From an uncultured archaeon (GTDB lineage: Archaea > Nanohalarchaeota > Nanosalinia > Nanosalinales > Nanosalinaceae), in NCBI GenBank assembly GCA_964421955.1, contig CAYQYU010000010.1, positions 1 to 36,498 on the forward strand: 36,498 nucleotides of DNA, in the 5' to 3' direction. The notes beneath the pieces were generated by a model, which did not search any database, was not told where the DNA came from, and worked only from the letters and a program-made list of their open reading frames with translations. Each line of letters opens with the position of its first letter. Within the stretch, counting starts at the first letter, position 1. Of the stretch, positions 1 through 8,685 are shown piece by piece. Position numbers and translations under genes: made by a program.

Positions 1-79
1 GGATTTGAACCCGCGTGGGAGCATTGCACCCCCAGTGGCTTAGCAAGCCACCGCAATAGCCAGACTATGCGACCCCGAC
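1..79 (-). tRNA. tRNA-Ser (anticodon GCT), 3' end truncated by window edge
   Basis: Reverse complement reads GTCGGGG-TCGCATAGTCTGGCTATTGCG-GTGGC-TT-GCT-AA-GCCAC-long variable arm-GCGGGTTCAAATCC. It has an anticodon stem-loop with GCT, a type II variable arm and a T-arm consensus. Confidence 0.93.
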
Positions 80-108
80 CCGGTTATGTAAGTGGTTGGA
101 TGTGAAAT

Positions 109-116
109 GTTTAAAA
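109..116 (-). promoter_or_regulatory. Putative TATA box of tRNA-Ser
   Basis: TTTTAAAC on the minus strand about 30 nt upstream of the mature tRNA 5' end. Confidence 0.5.
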
Positions 117-124
117 TTCCGAAC

Positions 125-289
125 CTATCCGTATTTTCTTCTCCTATGTGCCTTGGCGATGCTGGCGTTGGGAGCGCATTCCAGGCATGCCAGCAGCTCG
201 CCGTCATCGTCACTGAACACTCGTTCGAAAGAGTCCGAGACGTGACCTCCGCAGTAACCGCATCCCTCTTCAGTTCCTCCATCAGCCAT
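125..289 (-). CDS. Small zinc-finger-like protein (54 aa), haloarchaeal CxxCG...CxxC type
   Basis: ATG at 289 gives MADGGTEEGCGYCGGHVSDSFERVFSDDDGELLACLEC, with two CxxC pairs. The upstream extension in the ORF track overlaps the PRC-barrel gene and its promoter. Confidence 0.7.
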   Translation of the reverse strand: MADGGTEEGCGYCGGHVSDSFERVFSDDDGELLACLECAPNASIAKAHRRRKYG

Positions 290-440
290 GTAAATGGCTG
301 AGTCGTCTTCAAGAAGCTCTGACCAGTCGTTCCTCATGACCAGAAATATGGCTTGAAACCTTATGTATTTGGCCGAGCCCCTCAACAAGCTATTTAAATT
401 TCTGACCGCCAGTTTCCCTTGTAAAGAGGTCTTACAATAA

Positions 441-716
441 ATGGCAGACAACATTATCGATTTCTCGGAGATCACCGACAAAGATGTTTTCACCAGGAAA
501 GGGTCCTACTGCGGCAAGCTGAAGGATGTCGAGCTGAATCTCGGCAAGTTTGGCGTTAGAGCGGTAGTGGTTGGTGCGAAGAAAGGGTCCTACCTCGCGC
601 AGAAAGTTGGCGGGGCGAAGAACGTCGTGATACCGTACAACATGGTTGAGGCACTTGACGACGTTATAATAATCAAGGACTTCCAGACCTCGGACATGGA
701 AGAGCAAACAGCTTAA
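441..716 (+). CDS. PRC-barrel domain protein (possible CdpB-like cell-division protein)
   Basis: 91 aa with the PRC-barrel pattern ITDKDVFTRKGSYCGKLKDVEL...VVIPYNMVEALDDVIII. Confidence 0.85.
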   Translation: MADNIIDFSEITDKDVFTRKGSYCGKLKDVELNLGKFGVRAVVVGAKKGSYLAQKVGGAKNVVIPYNMVEALDDVIIIKDFQTSDMEEQTA

Positions 717-747
717 ACCGCTGGAGTTCAATTCTTGAACTGTAGTA

Positions 748-1047
748 ATGGTTGTCCAGATTCTGGCATCTGCGGTCTACGAGGCCATCAGGCATTCATG
801 GCTAGTCGCCACGGTGCTCGTGAAATACATTCTGGTCGGGCACCTTGGAGCATTGATTTACAGGAACGATATCAGTTTCAGGAGTTTTCTCGAACTTGTA
901 GAAAAGTATTCGCGTGAAACAGTCGTCGGTATTATCGGTCTCGGGATAGTTTTCAGCGCGATAGGTTTCAGGCCGGAATCCATGTTAACGTTGTCCAGTG
1001 AGATGATTGCACTGGCATACTTCGGGTACCTTTTCTGGGAGTACTAG
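748..1047 (+). CDS. Hypothetical membrane protein
   Basis: 99 aa with about three hydrophobic segments; stop overlaps the convergent gene by 4 nt. Confidence 0.7.
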   Translation: MVVQILASAVYEAIRHSWLVATVLVKYILVGHLGALIYRNDISFRSFLELVEKYSRETVVGIIGLGIVFSAIGFRPESMLTLSSEMIALAYFGYLFWEY

Positions 1048-1370
1048 TTCAACTTGTCAGTTACACGGCTGTGCCAGGTATCTAATGCCTCCGTTGTGAT
1101 CTGCTTGATCTCCTCCATCGGCAGCGCGGTGTAAACGTAGTAGACAGTCTTGTCCGTCTTGCCCTCCCTCATGATGATGTCCTTGTCCATCATGTCCTGG
1201 AGTGCTCGTTGAACTGTCGAGCGATTCCGGTCGACCCGGGAGGCTATTTCCTGTACCGTGAGCTTTGAACTCCTTAGCTCCTCAAAGACATTCTCCTGTA
1301 GCGTGTTTAGATCAAAAACCTCGAAAACTATGTCCTCTTCGTCCTTCCCCTCCAGATCTAGAAACTCCAT
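1044..1370 (-). CDS. Winged HTH transcriptional regulator (TrmB-like)
   Basis: LTVQEIASRVDRNRSTVQRALQDMMDKDIIMRE HTH-wing pattern followed by YYVYTA. Confidence 0.85.
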   Translation of the reverse strand: MEFLDLEGKDEEDIVFEVFDLNTLQENVFEELRSSKLTVQEIASRVDRNRSTVQRALQDMMDKDIIMREGKTDKTVYYVYTALPMEEIKQITTEALDTWHSRVTDKLN

Positions 1371-1402
1371 TATCTAGATACTGGAACAATGAGAAATAAA
1401 AA

Positions 1403-1615
1403 TTAGCCCCCTGCAATCACATCGAACACCCTGATCTCATCGCCATCTTTAAGTTCGTGCTCGCCCGAAATTATGGTCCCGTTTCTCGACACCAGAACCT
1501 CCTCCGGCTCGATATCTTTTGACTTCAAAAGTTCAGAAACATTCGCACCCGTCTCAACCTCGACCGACTCTTCCTTCTCGGTGTCAAGATCGTCACGAAC
1601 CAGAGTTACCTTCAT
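1403..1615 (-). CDS. Ubiquitin-like sulfur carrier / SAMP (MoaD/ThiS family)
   Basis: 70-aa beta-grasp pattern ending LKDGDEIRVFDVIAGG with C-terminal di-glycine; AGGTGA SD-like sequence just upstream of ATG 1615. Confidence 0.9.
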   Translation of the reverse strand: MKVTLVRDDLDTEKEESVEVETGANVSELLKSKDIEPEEVLVSRNGTIISGEHELKDGDEIRVFDVIAGG

Positions 1616-1657
1616 CGAGTTCACCTAGGATAAACTCCGGAGCAAGAGATAAGTGGC

Positions 1658-1825
1658 TTACCTATCCCGGAAGTGAGAGTAGAAGTAGACGCCCGATACA
1701 CCGCCGACCACCGAGGCGTAAAAGACGGTTATCGTGGACATTCTAAGCAGAAGTGCCGCTTCTCCAAGAAGCGAAATCCCCATAAGTGCCGCGGCCGCAT
1801 ATTGATGCTTCTCCGATATCCCCAT
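1658..1825 (-). CDS. Small hypothetical membrane protein (55 aa, below ORF-track cutoff)
   Basis: Hand translation MGISEKHQYAAAALMGISLLGEAALLLRMSTITVFYASVVGGVSGVYFYSHFRDR*. The ATG is 2 nt after the glycosylase stop and the ORF fills the gap; two hydrophobic segments. Confidence 0.65.
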   Translation of the reverse strand: MGISEKHQYAAAALMGISLLGEAALLLRMSTITVFYASVVGGVSGVYFYSHFRDR

Positions 1826-1827
1826 CT

Positions 1828-2694
1828 CTATCCTTCCACCTCTATCACGTTGTTCCTTGCGGCGTGGAAAAGATACTCCTGGGCGTAGCCCGCGTAGTCG
1901 CCGAAGTGATCCTTCAGGTTCTCCGAGGTTTCATCGTAGTCATCGCTATGCAGCTCCGGGTAATGAGCTTCGATAGCCTTCCATGCCCAGGTATCGAGAG
2001 GTGCGGCCTCGTGGAACCCGAGCGAGAAAAGCAGGACGCAGTCAGCTACCTTGTCGCCCACGCCGTAAAGCTTCTTCATCTCCTTTCTGGCGTCGCCGTA
2101 ACTCATCTCCCGGACCCTGCCGGGATCGAAACCTTCCTGGAGAATATCGATAGTTTCGAATATGTACTTCGCGCGGTAACCAACACCGATCTCTCGCAGC
2201 TCTTCCTCTGTAGCATCGGAAAGTTCCTCCAGAGTCGGGAACCTGAGAAGCTCCCGGCCGTTGAACTCCAGAGTTCCGCCGTACTTTCTTGCGATCTCAT
2301 TATGCATCTCCTTGATCCGTGGGATCCTCATCTGTGGCGAGCAGAGGTAAGATATCAGACAGGGAAAAAACTCATCCTGAACAACTCGGAGACCCCAGTA
2401 GTTTTCCCTTGCGGTCTCAAGCCCACGGTCTTCCGGGAAACGTGAGAATACTTCCTGGAGATCGTGGTCGAGGCCCAGAGCCTTTTTCACATCCCGAGGT
2501 GAGAGTTCAGTCTCAACGAACAGCGTTTCGCCCCGTTGCTCGACCATAACTGGCGAGCCGTTCCTGATCGTGTAGAACTTGCTCCCGCCTTTACCATAGA
2601 GGTCGCCTTCAGTCCTGTGCCAGCAGAAGGTCTGGCCGCAGGTCATCGTCAGCTCCAGATCGAAATTCTCCGCGGGAATTGAGAACTGTTTCAT
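1828..2694 (-). CDS. ogg: 8-oxoguanine DNA glycosylase/AP lyase (OGG1 family)
   Basis: N-terminal FDLELTMTCGQTFCW, then LRVVQDEFFPCLISYLCS, HhH motif LYGVGDKVADC with catalytic Lys, and Asp in PLDTW. Confidence 0.92.
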   Translation of the reverse strand: MKQFSIPAENFDLELTMTCGQTFCWHRTEGDLYGKGGSKFYTIRNGSPVMVEQRGETLFVETELSPRDVKKALGLDHDLQEVFSRFPEDRGLETARENYWGLRVVQDEFFPCLISYLCSPQMRIPRIKEMHNEIARKYGGTLEFNGRELLRFPTLEELSDATEEELREIGVGYRAKYIFETIDILQEGFDPGRVREMSYGDARKEMKKLYGVGDKVADCVLLFSLGFHEAAPLDTWAWKAIEAHYPELHSDDYDETSENLKDHFGDYAGYAQEYLFHAARNNVIEVEG

Positions 2695-2747
2695 ACTTAG
2701 AAAGTCGGACTTAAAGCTAAAATAGCTGTGACCGCAACAGAATCTAG

Positions 2748-3767
2748 ATGCTCGAACACCTTGGATCGAACCGGCCTGAAGGAATCGAAGATCCGGATTC
2801 CAGGCACAACTTCAGTCCTCCAGAAGAGCTCGGAAGGAAAGTCTGGGGTCTAGAGTTCCAGTCACCGCTGATGAACGCGGCCGGAGTTTTCAAGTCAGCA
2901 AAACATTACAGGGCCACAGCCCAAAACGGCGCGGGAGCATACCTCGCAGGAACCTTTACACCGGAACCCAGAGAAGGAAGAACTGTAGACAGGGACAGTC
3001 CTTTCCTCCACATGCGTGAATCTGGAGCGACCGTCAACGCACTTGGGCTGCCGAACCCAGGATTCGCCGAAGGACAGGCGAACATTAAAGGTGTAGATAG
3101 ACTGCAGGGCTGTCCTTACGGAACCAGCATCACGGGCAGCCCTGACAACATCGGTGAAAGGAAGTATGCCGAGGAAATCGTGGAAGGATTGCTCACCATG
3201 GAAGATGCAGGAGTTGACTTTGTGGAGATCAACGAGAGCTGTCCGAACACCGAGAAAGGTCGCCCGCAGACCACAGATCTGGAAGAAAGACTTGAGCATA
3301 TCTCCAGAGAGTTCCTGGATTCACACGACCTCCCTGTTATAGTAAAGTTCTCAAACGACACCCCTCCTGAAGAAGTCGAACACATCGTAGACCTGCTCGC
3401 GGAACATGGATTTCACGGCATCAACTTCGGCAACACATCAGAGAACTATGAGAGGTATTCCATGAACATCTCGGGATCAGAGGAGAGAAGTTACAGGAAA
3501 TTCACAGGAAAGCACGGAGGAGGTATTGGTGGACGACCGCTCAAAAAACGTTCCCTCGATCTGGCCGGGAGAGCTGTAAAAAGAGCACAGGAAAAACACA
3601 TGGAAAGGGATTTCCTCGTGGTAAGAACCGGTGGCGTCGAGGGAGCCAGTGATATCAGGGAGTCGGATTCACGAGACATAGGAATGAACCAGTGGTTTAC
3701 AGGATACCTCGAGGCACTAGAGGAACACGGCAATAGAGCGTACCAGGAAACGTTTAAAGATCTCTAA
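2748..3767 (+). CDS. pyrD: Dihydroorotate dehydrogenase-like FMN oxidoreductase
   Basis: Motifs PLMNAAG, NALGLPNPG, INESCPNT, VIVKFS, GNT, GGIGGRPL, TGGV. Confidence 0.8.
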   Translation: MLEHLGSNRPEGIEDPDSRHNFSPPEELGRKVWGLEFQSPLMNAAGVFKSAKHYRATAQNGAGAYLAGTFTPEPREGRTVDRDSPFLHMRESGATVNALGLPNPGFAEGQANIKGVDRLQGCPYGTSITGSPDNIGERKYAEEIVEGLLTMEDAGVDFVEINESCPNTEKGRPQTTDLEERLEHISREFLDSHDLPVIVKFSNDTPPEEVEHIVDLLAEHGFHGINFGNTSENYERYSMNISGSEERSYRKFTGKHGGGIGGRPLKKRSLDLAGRAVKRAQEKHMERDFLVVRTGGVEGASDIRESDSRDIGMNQWFTGYLEALEEHGNRAYQETFKDL

Positions 3768-3949
3768 TCCTCTTTCTTCGAGTACCTGAAGAACCCCGTG
3801 CCCTTCTCATCATCAACATCAGCCGATTTATCCTTGTACTTCTTCGCATCGCTTTTCTTGTAGCTGCGGCCGCATTTATGGCATTCAACGCGCTTCTCCG
3901 CCCTGGATCGCTGCTTGTAACCGCAGTCAGGGCACTGGTAGTAGACCAT
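3764..3949 (-). CDS. Small CPxCG-type zinc-finger protein
   Basis: CPDCG...CHKCG in 61 aa; ATG start; 4-nt stop overlap with pyrD. Confidence 0.8.
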   Translation of the reverse strand: MVYYQCPDCGYKQRSRAEKRVECHKCGRSYKKSDAKKYKDKSADVDDEKGTGFFRYSKKED

Positions 3950-4009
3950 GTTATCGATTAATGTTCAAAGGTGAAAAAGCTTTTTATTGAGTCCTGGAAG
4001 AGTTTTTGC

Positions 4010-4300
4010 ATGAAGAAAGCCGTTCTAAAGGGAGCTGTGGTAGGCTCAATTTTTTCAGCCGCCTCTTTCGCGATTGTAAAGTTCCTGGGTTACAGGTGGG
4101 AAAGCTTAACCGCTCTTATGTACATGTACGTCGTTATGGGAGTTATAATCGCGATAATCTACGAGATTGAGACAAGAGCCGGAGGCTTCTCCGGGCTACT
4201 GGATAGAATAGTCCTTGTGGCGGAGGACGAGCACCTCCACATGAAGAAGCTTTTCTCGGGAGAAAAATATAGAATAAAAGGGGAAGTTGAGAAGCTCTAG
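4010..4300 (+). CDS. Hypothetical membrane protein (2 TM)
   Basis: ATG at 4010 (MKKAVLKG); two hydrophobic stretches; convergent CTAG stop overlap. Confidence 0.65.
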   Translation: MKKAVLKGAVVGSIFSAASFAIVKFLGYRWESLTALMYMYVVMGVIIAIIYEIETRAGGFSGLLDRIVLVAEDEHLHMKKLFSGEKYRIKGEVEKL

Positions 4301-5142
4301 TAGCTCTCCGAGTCGATCTCCTGTCCCTCACTGTCTGACAGAGTTGCGGTGTCGCCTCCGTCGTTCCAGGAAATTCCTGTTCCCTCGTTTCCTTTCCACT
4401 CCTGGCTGGAGTAGACCTTCAGGCGATCCCCGGACTCAAGTGCGACCGATGGGAAAGTGTAGCTTCCTGCCTCGTCCTCAAGAGTCCAGCCTTCAAGGTT
4501 GACCTCCTCAAGGTCGTTGTTGACAAGCACCACATGCTCCTGATCGTTGTCCCCGAAGCCGGATGCGGTCGAACTGTTCGCGATCACCTCGACGTTCGGC
4601 CGGACGCGCTCACGGAGATCCTGTCTTCTCTCGTCGAGATCTTCCTTCCGCGACTCCATCATTTTCATGAGTTCCTGGTGTCTTTTCTCGACTTTCTCGC
4701 GGCTGGAGCCCTCGAACTCGACTTCTCTTGTCCCTTCGTGGCGGGTGACCTCAAGGGATCCATAGGGAGTCGAGGATTTCTCGACCACTCGGTCTCCAGA
4801 TTCCTCAAGCGTGAGAGTCCCCGAGGAAGCGGTGAGCTCCCAGGTCGTTCCAGAGGGAGTTCTCTCAACGTCGAGCCTCGAGTTGGGGTTCTCGACAGAT
4901 GCCTCAACTGAACCCGAGGTTACCTCGGTCCTGAACTCGTTGAAGGCAGTCTTCACCTCCGCGCTGAAACTGTCGGAGGAAGCCTCCCTAGAGACCTGTT
5001 TGGGAACCTCTTCACTCGAAGATATATCCGGCAGATCATCTGAAACTACTTTTCCAGAAGTTACTGACTGTGAAGCAGCCGGAATAGATACAAGACCTAC
5101 TAGAACTGATGCAGCAACTGCAGCTTGTGCTATAGTTGCCAT
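4297..5142 (-). CDS. Secreted lamin-tail-domain (LTD) protein
   Basis: N-terminal signal-like hydrophobic stretch; C-terminal LTD signature EHVVLVN...VNLEGWTLED...YTFP...WNDGGDTATLSD. Confidence 0.85.
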   Translation of the reverse strand: MATIAQAAVAASVLVGLVSIPAASQSVTSGKVVSDDLPDISSSEEVPKQVSREASSDSFSAEVKTAFNEFRTEVTSGSVEASVENPNSRLDVERTPSGTTWELTASSGTLTLEESGDRVVEKSSTPYGSLEVTRHEGTREVEFEGSSREKVEKRHQELMKMMESRKEDLDERRQDLRERVRPNVEVIANSSTASGFGDNDQEHVVLVNNDLEEVNLEGWTLEDEAGSYTFPSVALESGDRLKVYSSQEWKGNEGTGISWNDGGDTATLSDSEGQEIDSESY

Positions 5143-5165
5143 ATCTACCACTAAAAACACAGTTG

Positions 5166-5173
5166 TTTATAAA
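5166..5173 (-). promoter_or_regulatory. Putative TATA box of LTD gene (leaderless spacing)
   Basis: TTTATAAA preceded by purine-rich AGAAAGA (BRE-like), 24-31 nt upstream of ATG 5142. Confidence 0.55.
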
Positions 5174-5286
5174 TCTTTCTGGCGTCTAGAAAAACATAAA
5201 GGCTCTAAAAAGATTTCTATATATAAATAAAGCTTTCTCTGTGCTTTAAAATGATTGAAGACAGACCATATTCTCTTTTCAGATCT

Positions 5287-6297
5287 CTAGATATTATTTT
5301 CAATCTCGTTGTTGTTCTTGAAAACCATGAGTATGGCCTTGAAGACTCCGAGGAGTATCGGCCCGAAGAACAGTCCGGGCGCACCAAAGATGTAGACCCC
5401 TCCTATTACACCTATAATGATGGCTGCTGGATGTAGTTCCGCTTTCCTGTCCACGACTATTGGGCGGAGAATATTGTCCGTGAGGCCAACAATTACTAGA
5501 CCGTAGATCAGCAGGAATATCCCCATGAGAGTATTCCCCGTGAGGAACAGGTACGCCGAAGCCGGAGCCCAGACGAGCATAGACCCCACTATAGGTATGA
5601 ACCCGAGTATCACCATCATGAACGTCCAGAAAATGTAGTTAGGGACCCCGGTCGCTGCAAGACCTAAACCTGCGACCAATCCCTGGGCGACCGCGACGAG
5701 TACGTGACCCTTGATAACTGCCCAGGTCGTTATATTCATCCTCTCGTAGAGGTTGTCCCTGACATCTGATTCAAGCGGTATTATCTCCTTTATCCATAAA
5801 GCCATCTCCCTGCCGTCCCTGATGAAGTAGAACAGAAGGAACAGCATCAGCGTTATACCTATCGCGAAGCCCGCAATCAGGTTAACAAGTTCAGAGAAGC
5901 TGCCGAAAGTGACCGACGTGAACTCGGTTATCGCAGAGTTTATAGTCTGCTCGACATCAAGTTGCTGTCCGGTATATTCCCGGATGTAGTTCTCTATCTC
6001 AGTAGTGTTGATCAGCTCCGTCTGGTTGATATCCTGCGTGAGGTCCCGGGCGTCGTCGATGACCGCTGCAGTCGCAAACACGAGGGGAACGACCGCGATC
6101 AGGATCGCAAAAATCATCAGCAGAAACGCAGAGATACTGGGATTTATGTAGCGGGAAAGCTTCTTCTGGAGCGGATAAAGTATGAAAGCCAGTATAATCG
6201 CGAAAAGGAAGTATTCGAGAAATGGCCTCAGCATCAGCCAGGATACAAAGGTCAAAAGTGCTATGAGGGCTAGAACAAAGATTTTCTGGTTATCCAT
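5287..6297 (-). CDS. AI-2E family (UPF0118) transporter
   Basis: Multi-TM protein with motifs LFYFIRDG, GFIPIVG, DNILRP, LHP...GVIGG...GLFFGP. Confidence 0.92.
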   Translation of the reverse strand: MDNQKIFVLALIALLTFVSWLMLRPFLEYFLFAIILAFILYPLQKKLSRYINPSISAFLLMIFAILIAVVPLVFATAAVIDDARDLTQDINQTELINTTEIENYIREYTGQQLDVEQTINSAITEFTSVTFGSFSELVNLIAGFAIGITLMLFLLFYFIRDGREMALWIKEIIPLESDVRDNLYERMNITTWAVIKGHVLVAVAQGLVAGLGLAATGVPNYIFWTFMMVILGFIPIVGSMLVWAPASAYLFLTGNTLMGIFLLIYGLVIVGLTDNILRPIVVDRKAELHPAAIIIGVIGGVYIFGAPGLFFGPILLGVFKAILMVFKNNNEIENNI

Positions 6298-6318
6298 GTG
6301 TCGATTTGGAAGTCCTAG

Positions 6319-7509
6319 CTAAATAAATATACCTGAAGACCAGTAGAAAGATATCGCCGGGACAAGAAGCACCGCCATACATGCCGCCCTCTCGCTCTCT
6401 ATCAGCGCGGCGTATCCTATGAAGCTCGCAGTTGATAGAACCAGGAGGCCCTGGAGACCTGTCAGCCAGACGGTTGAAAAAACGATGACTGCCGAGACCG
6501 CAAGAAGCAAGTATTCGAGCCTGTAACTCCGTATGAACGAAACGAAGAGACGAGAGGTCCACCGTGCAGAGACGAGCGAAACTGAAACAGCGACCAGAGA
6601 AAGTCCGATGAGAAAAACTATCTCGAAAGCGCCCGTTGTCGAGATACTTTTCAGCGCGACTGACGCACCTGAACGAGCCTTGCCAAGAATATGGAGAGCG
6701 ATGAAAGAGACCAGAATATCCGAGGTGTTGACACCTCCCATGCCCGCAAGGAACTCCTTTCTCGAAGACAATAGGGGCGAGAGAAACGATGTCGATACCG
6801 CTGCACCGAGTCCAGGGAAGACCCCCGCCATCAGGCCGGCAAAGAAACCTACCAGGCCCCCACGGAAAGACTTCCCTGGCGATACAGGGACGCGGCGCTG
6901 TCCCGGTATCCGGAAACCCGATTTCAGGGCGTGGATTATAGACGGTATCGCGAACAGTCCTGAGAACACAGGTATAAGCACGAACTCCTGGTTGACGTTC
7001 GCCGAGAAAGAAAAGGTGCCGAGCAAGCCCGCAAGTAAAGCAACAGTCAGTGCGGTTATCCAGGTATCGGATCTGAAGACTATGAAGAACAGGAAGAACA
7101 ATAGCACGAAAGCCATGACTCTCTCTATGAAGCCGTAGACGGATTCGAGTAAAAGCAGCAGGAAAGGCACTACAAAGATCAGGGCGAGAACCGAGAACAT
7201 ACCTCCCGCGACCGTGTAGTCGAAAGCCTCCAGACCGCGACCCCTGACAGCCATCTTCGCCCCGGGAAGAGACGATAGCGCAGACTCAGCTTCCGGAGCG
7301 CCAAGGAAAATCGCGGGCAGAAAGTCGTGGAAAGTGTGTGAAACTGATAGACCGGATAAGAAACTCATGTAAGGTAGAAGGCCAATTTCATAGCTGAAAT
7401 AGAATGGCAGAGTAGTGAAAACAACTGTATTTGGATGAACGCCTGGAATAAGCCCTGTAAAGATTCCTGTAACGACTCCGAAGCCCAGAATTACGAGATA
7501 TTCGATCAT
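6319..7509 (-). CDS. Tripartite tricarboxylate transporter TctA-like permease (archaeal type)
   Basis: GLIPGVHPNT, HTFHDFLPAIFLGAP, LPG and repeated FPGLG; highly hydrophobic. Confidence 0.85.
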   Translation of the reverse strand: MIEYLVILGFGVVTGIFTGLIPGVHPNTVVFTTLPFYFSYEIGLLPYMSFLSGLSVSHTFHDFLPAIFLGAPEAESALSSLPGAKMAVRGRGLEAFDYTVAGGMFSVLALIFVVPFLLLLLESVYGFIERVMAFVLLFFLFFIVFRSDTWITALTVALLAGLLGTFSFSANVNQEFVLIPVFSGLFAIPSIIHALKSGFRIPGQRRVPVSPGKSFRGGLVGFFAGLMAGVFPGLGAAVSTSFLSPLLSSRKEFLAGMGGVNTSDILVSFIALHILGKARSGASVALKSISTTGAFEIVFLIGLSLVAVSVSLVSARWTSRLFVSFIRSYRLEYLLLAVSAVIVFSTVWLTGLQGLLVLSTASFIGYAALIESERAACMAVLLVPAISFYWSSGIFI

Positions 7510-7559
7510 AGTTCTGATCCATCATCACGGATATAAAAAGTGAGGCCAAATGCCCGAGT

Positions 7560-7871
7560 ATGTTTGGCGGCAAGGATATGTCGAAGATGATGAAGCAGAT
7601 GGGAATGGATATGGAAGAGATCGACGCTGACCGCGTAACAGTAGAGGTCGGCGACAGGAAACTCGTCTTCTCCTCCCCCGAACTTTCAAAGATAGATGTC
7701 CAGGGACAGGAGATATTCCAGCTCCAGGGCGACTACGAGGAAGAGTCCGCAGGTATTCCTGATGACGATGTCGAACTCGTGATGGAGAAAACTGGTGCTT
7801 CGGAAGAAGAAGCCCGATCCGCACTTGAAGATGCCGACGATGTTGCAGAAGCAGTCATGGAGCTCCAGTAG
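7560..7871 (+). CDS. nac: Nascent polypeptide-associated complex protein (archaeal NAC)
   Basis: KMMKQMGMDMEEI NAC domain plus C-terminal UBA-like DDVELVMEKTGASEEEARSALE. Confidence 0.95.
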   Translation: MFGGKDMSKMMKQMGMDMEEIDADRVTVEVGDRKLVFSSPELSKIDVQGQEIFQLQGDYEEESAGIPDDDVELVMEKTGASEEEARSALEDADDVAEAVMELQ

Positions 7872-7872
7872 A

Positions 7873-8640
7873 TCATATCTGTTTCTTCACGTAATACTTC
7901 AGGGGTGTCGGGAAAATACTCTCCGCGAGGACGAAAATCTTTGCTCTCAGCGGAGTCTGGTATCTCGGCTTCGGATTATCTTTCTCAATTACATCGACTA
8001 TCTTCCCGGCCGGCACCTCGGCATCGACCCCCTCGAGCCCTCCCTGCTCCAAGATTCTCTCGTACTCCTCTGAATAAATCGAATCCGGGATGTACCTTCC
8101 AAGTGCATTTCGCGCCCTCTCGTTGAAACCGGTCTCGATCACTCCCGGCTCCACAACGGTCACATCAACTTCCTGATCGGATACCTCCATCCTCAGCGCG
8201 TCACTGATAGCCTCCACCGCCTTCTTTGAGGCGCAGTACTGGCCTGAAAAAGGCATAGTTATTCTACCGGCGACAGAGGATACATTGATTACCCTGCCCT
8301 GTTTTTCCCGCAGCGTCGGCAACGCCTTCCTTGTAACATTCAGCAGCCCAAAGACATTCGAGTAGAAAATCCTCTCCACCGTTTCAATCGGCATGTCTTC
8401 AATCGAGCCCTGCTCGTAGTAGCCCGCGCAGTTCACCAGGACATCGAAATCCTCTTCATCAATAAGCCCTGCGACGGCTTCTTCATCACAGATGTCGAGG
8501 CAGCGAGTGACAGCTCCTTCAAGAACTTCGAGCCCTTCACAGTCCATGTCAACCGCTATAACCCCGTGACCTCTGTCAACCAGTTTATCGGCAGTCGCCC
8601 TTCCTATACCAGATGCGGCGCCTGTCAGAAGTATCCTCAT
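7873..8640 (-). CDS. Short-chain dehydrogenase/reductase
   Basis: TGAASGIG, LVNCAG, NVSS, YCASK, EPG motifs. Confidence 0.93.
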   Translation of the reverse strand: MRILLTGAASGIGRATADKLVDRGHGVIAVDMDCEGLEVLEGAVTRCLDICDEEAVAGLIDEEDFDVLVNCAGYYEQGSIEDMPIETVERIFYSNVFGLLNVTRKALPTLREKQGRVINVSSVAGRITMPFSGQYCASKKAVEAISDALRMEVSDQEVDVTVVEPGVIETGFNERARNALGRYIPDSIYSEEYERILEQGGLEGVDAEVPAGKIVDVIEKDNPKPRYQTPLRAKIFVLAESIFPTPLKYYVKKQI

Positions 8641-8685
8641 ACAGGAAAATTATTCAGGGAGGATTATAACCCTGGCCGGGAAAAA

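Noticed and set aside
290-493. 122-aa version of ORF 125..493
   Set aside because: The extension overlaps the PRC-barrel gene and its promoter; only the 54 aa from ATG 289 look like a real protein.
1-500. tRNA-Ser as the integration site of a mobile element
   Set aside because: No integrase, phage or plasmid gene and no duplicated tRNA-Ser end in the window; the tRNA 3' side lies outside it.
1673-1888. Plus-strand ORFs or a possible ncRNA in the SAMP-ogg gap
   Set aside because: Better explained by the minus-strand 55-aa ORF coupled to the ogg stop; no convincing RNA structure seen.
5143-5286. AT-rich spacer as a replication origin
   Set aside because: No ORB-like repeats or cdc6/orc1 gene nearby; promoter and terminator elements explain it.
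6533-7138. Long antisense ORFs (also 1786..2445, 10342..10857, 16591..17223, 28003..28644, 31635..32384 and others)
   Set aside because: They lie opposite well-supported genes and show no family motifs; they are shadow frames from codon bias.
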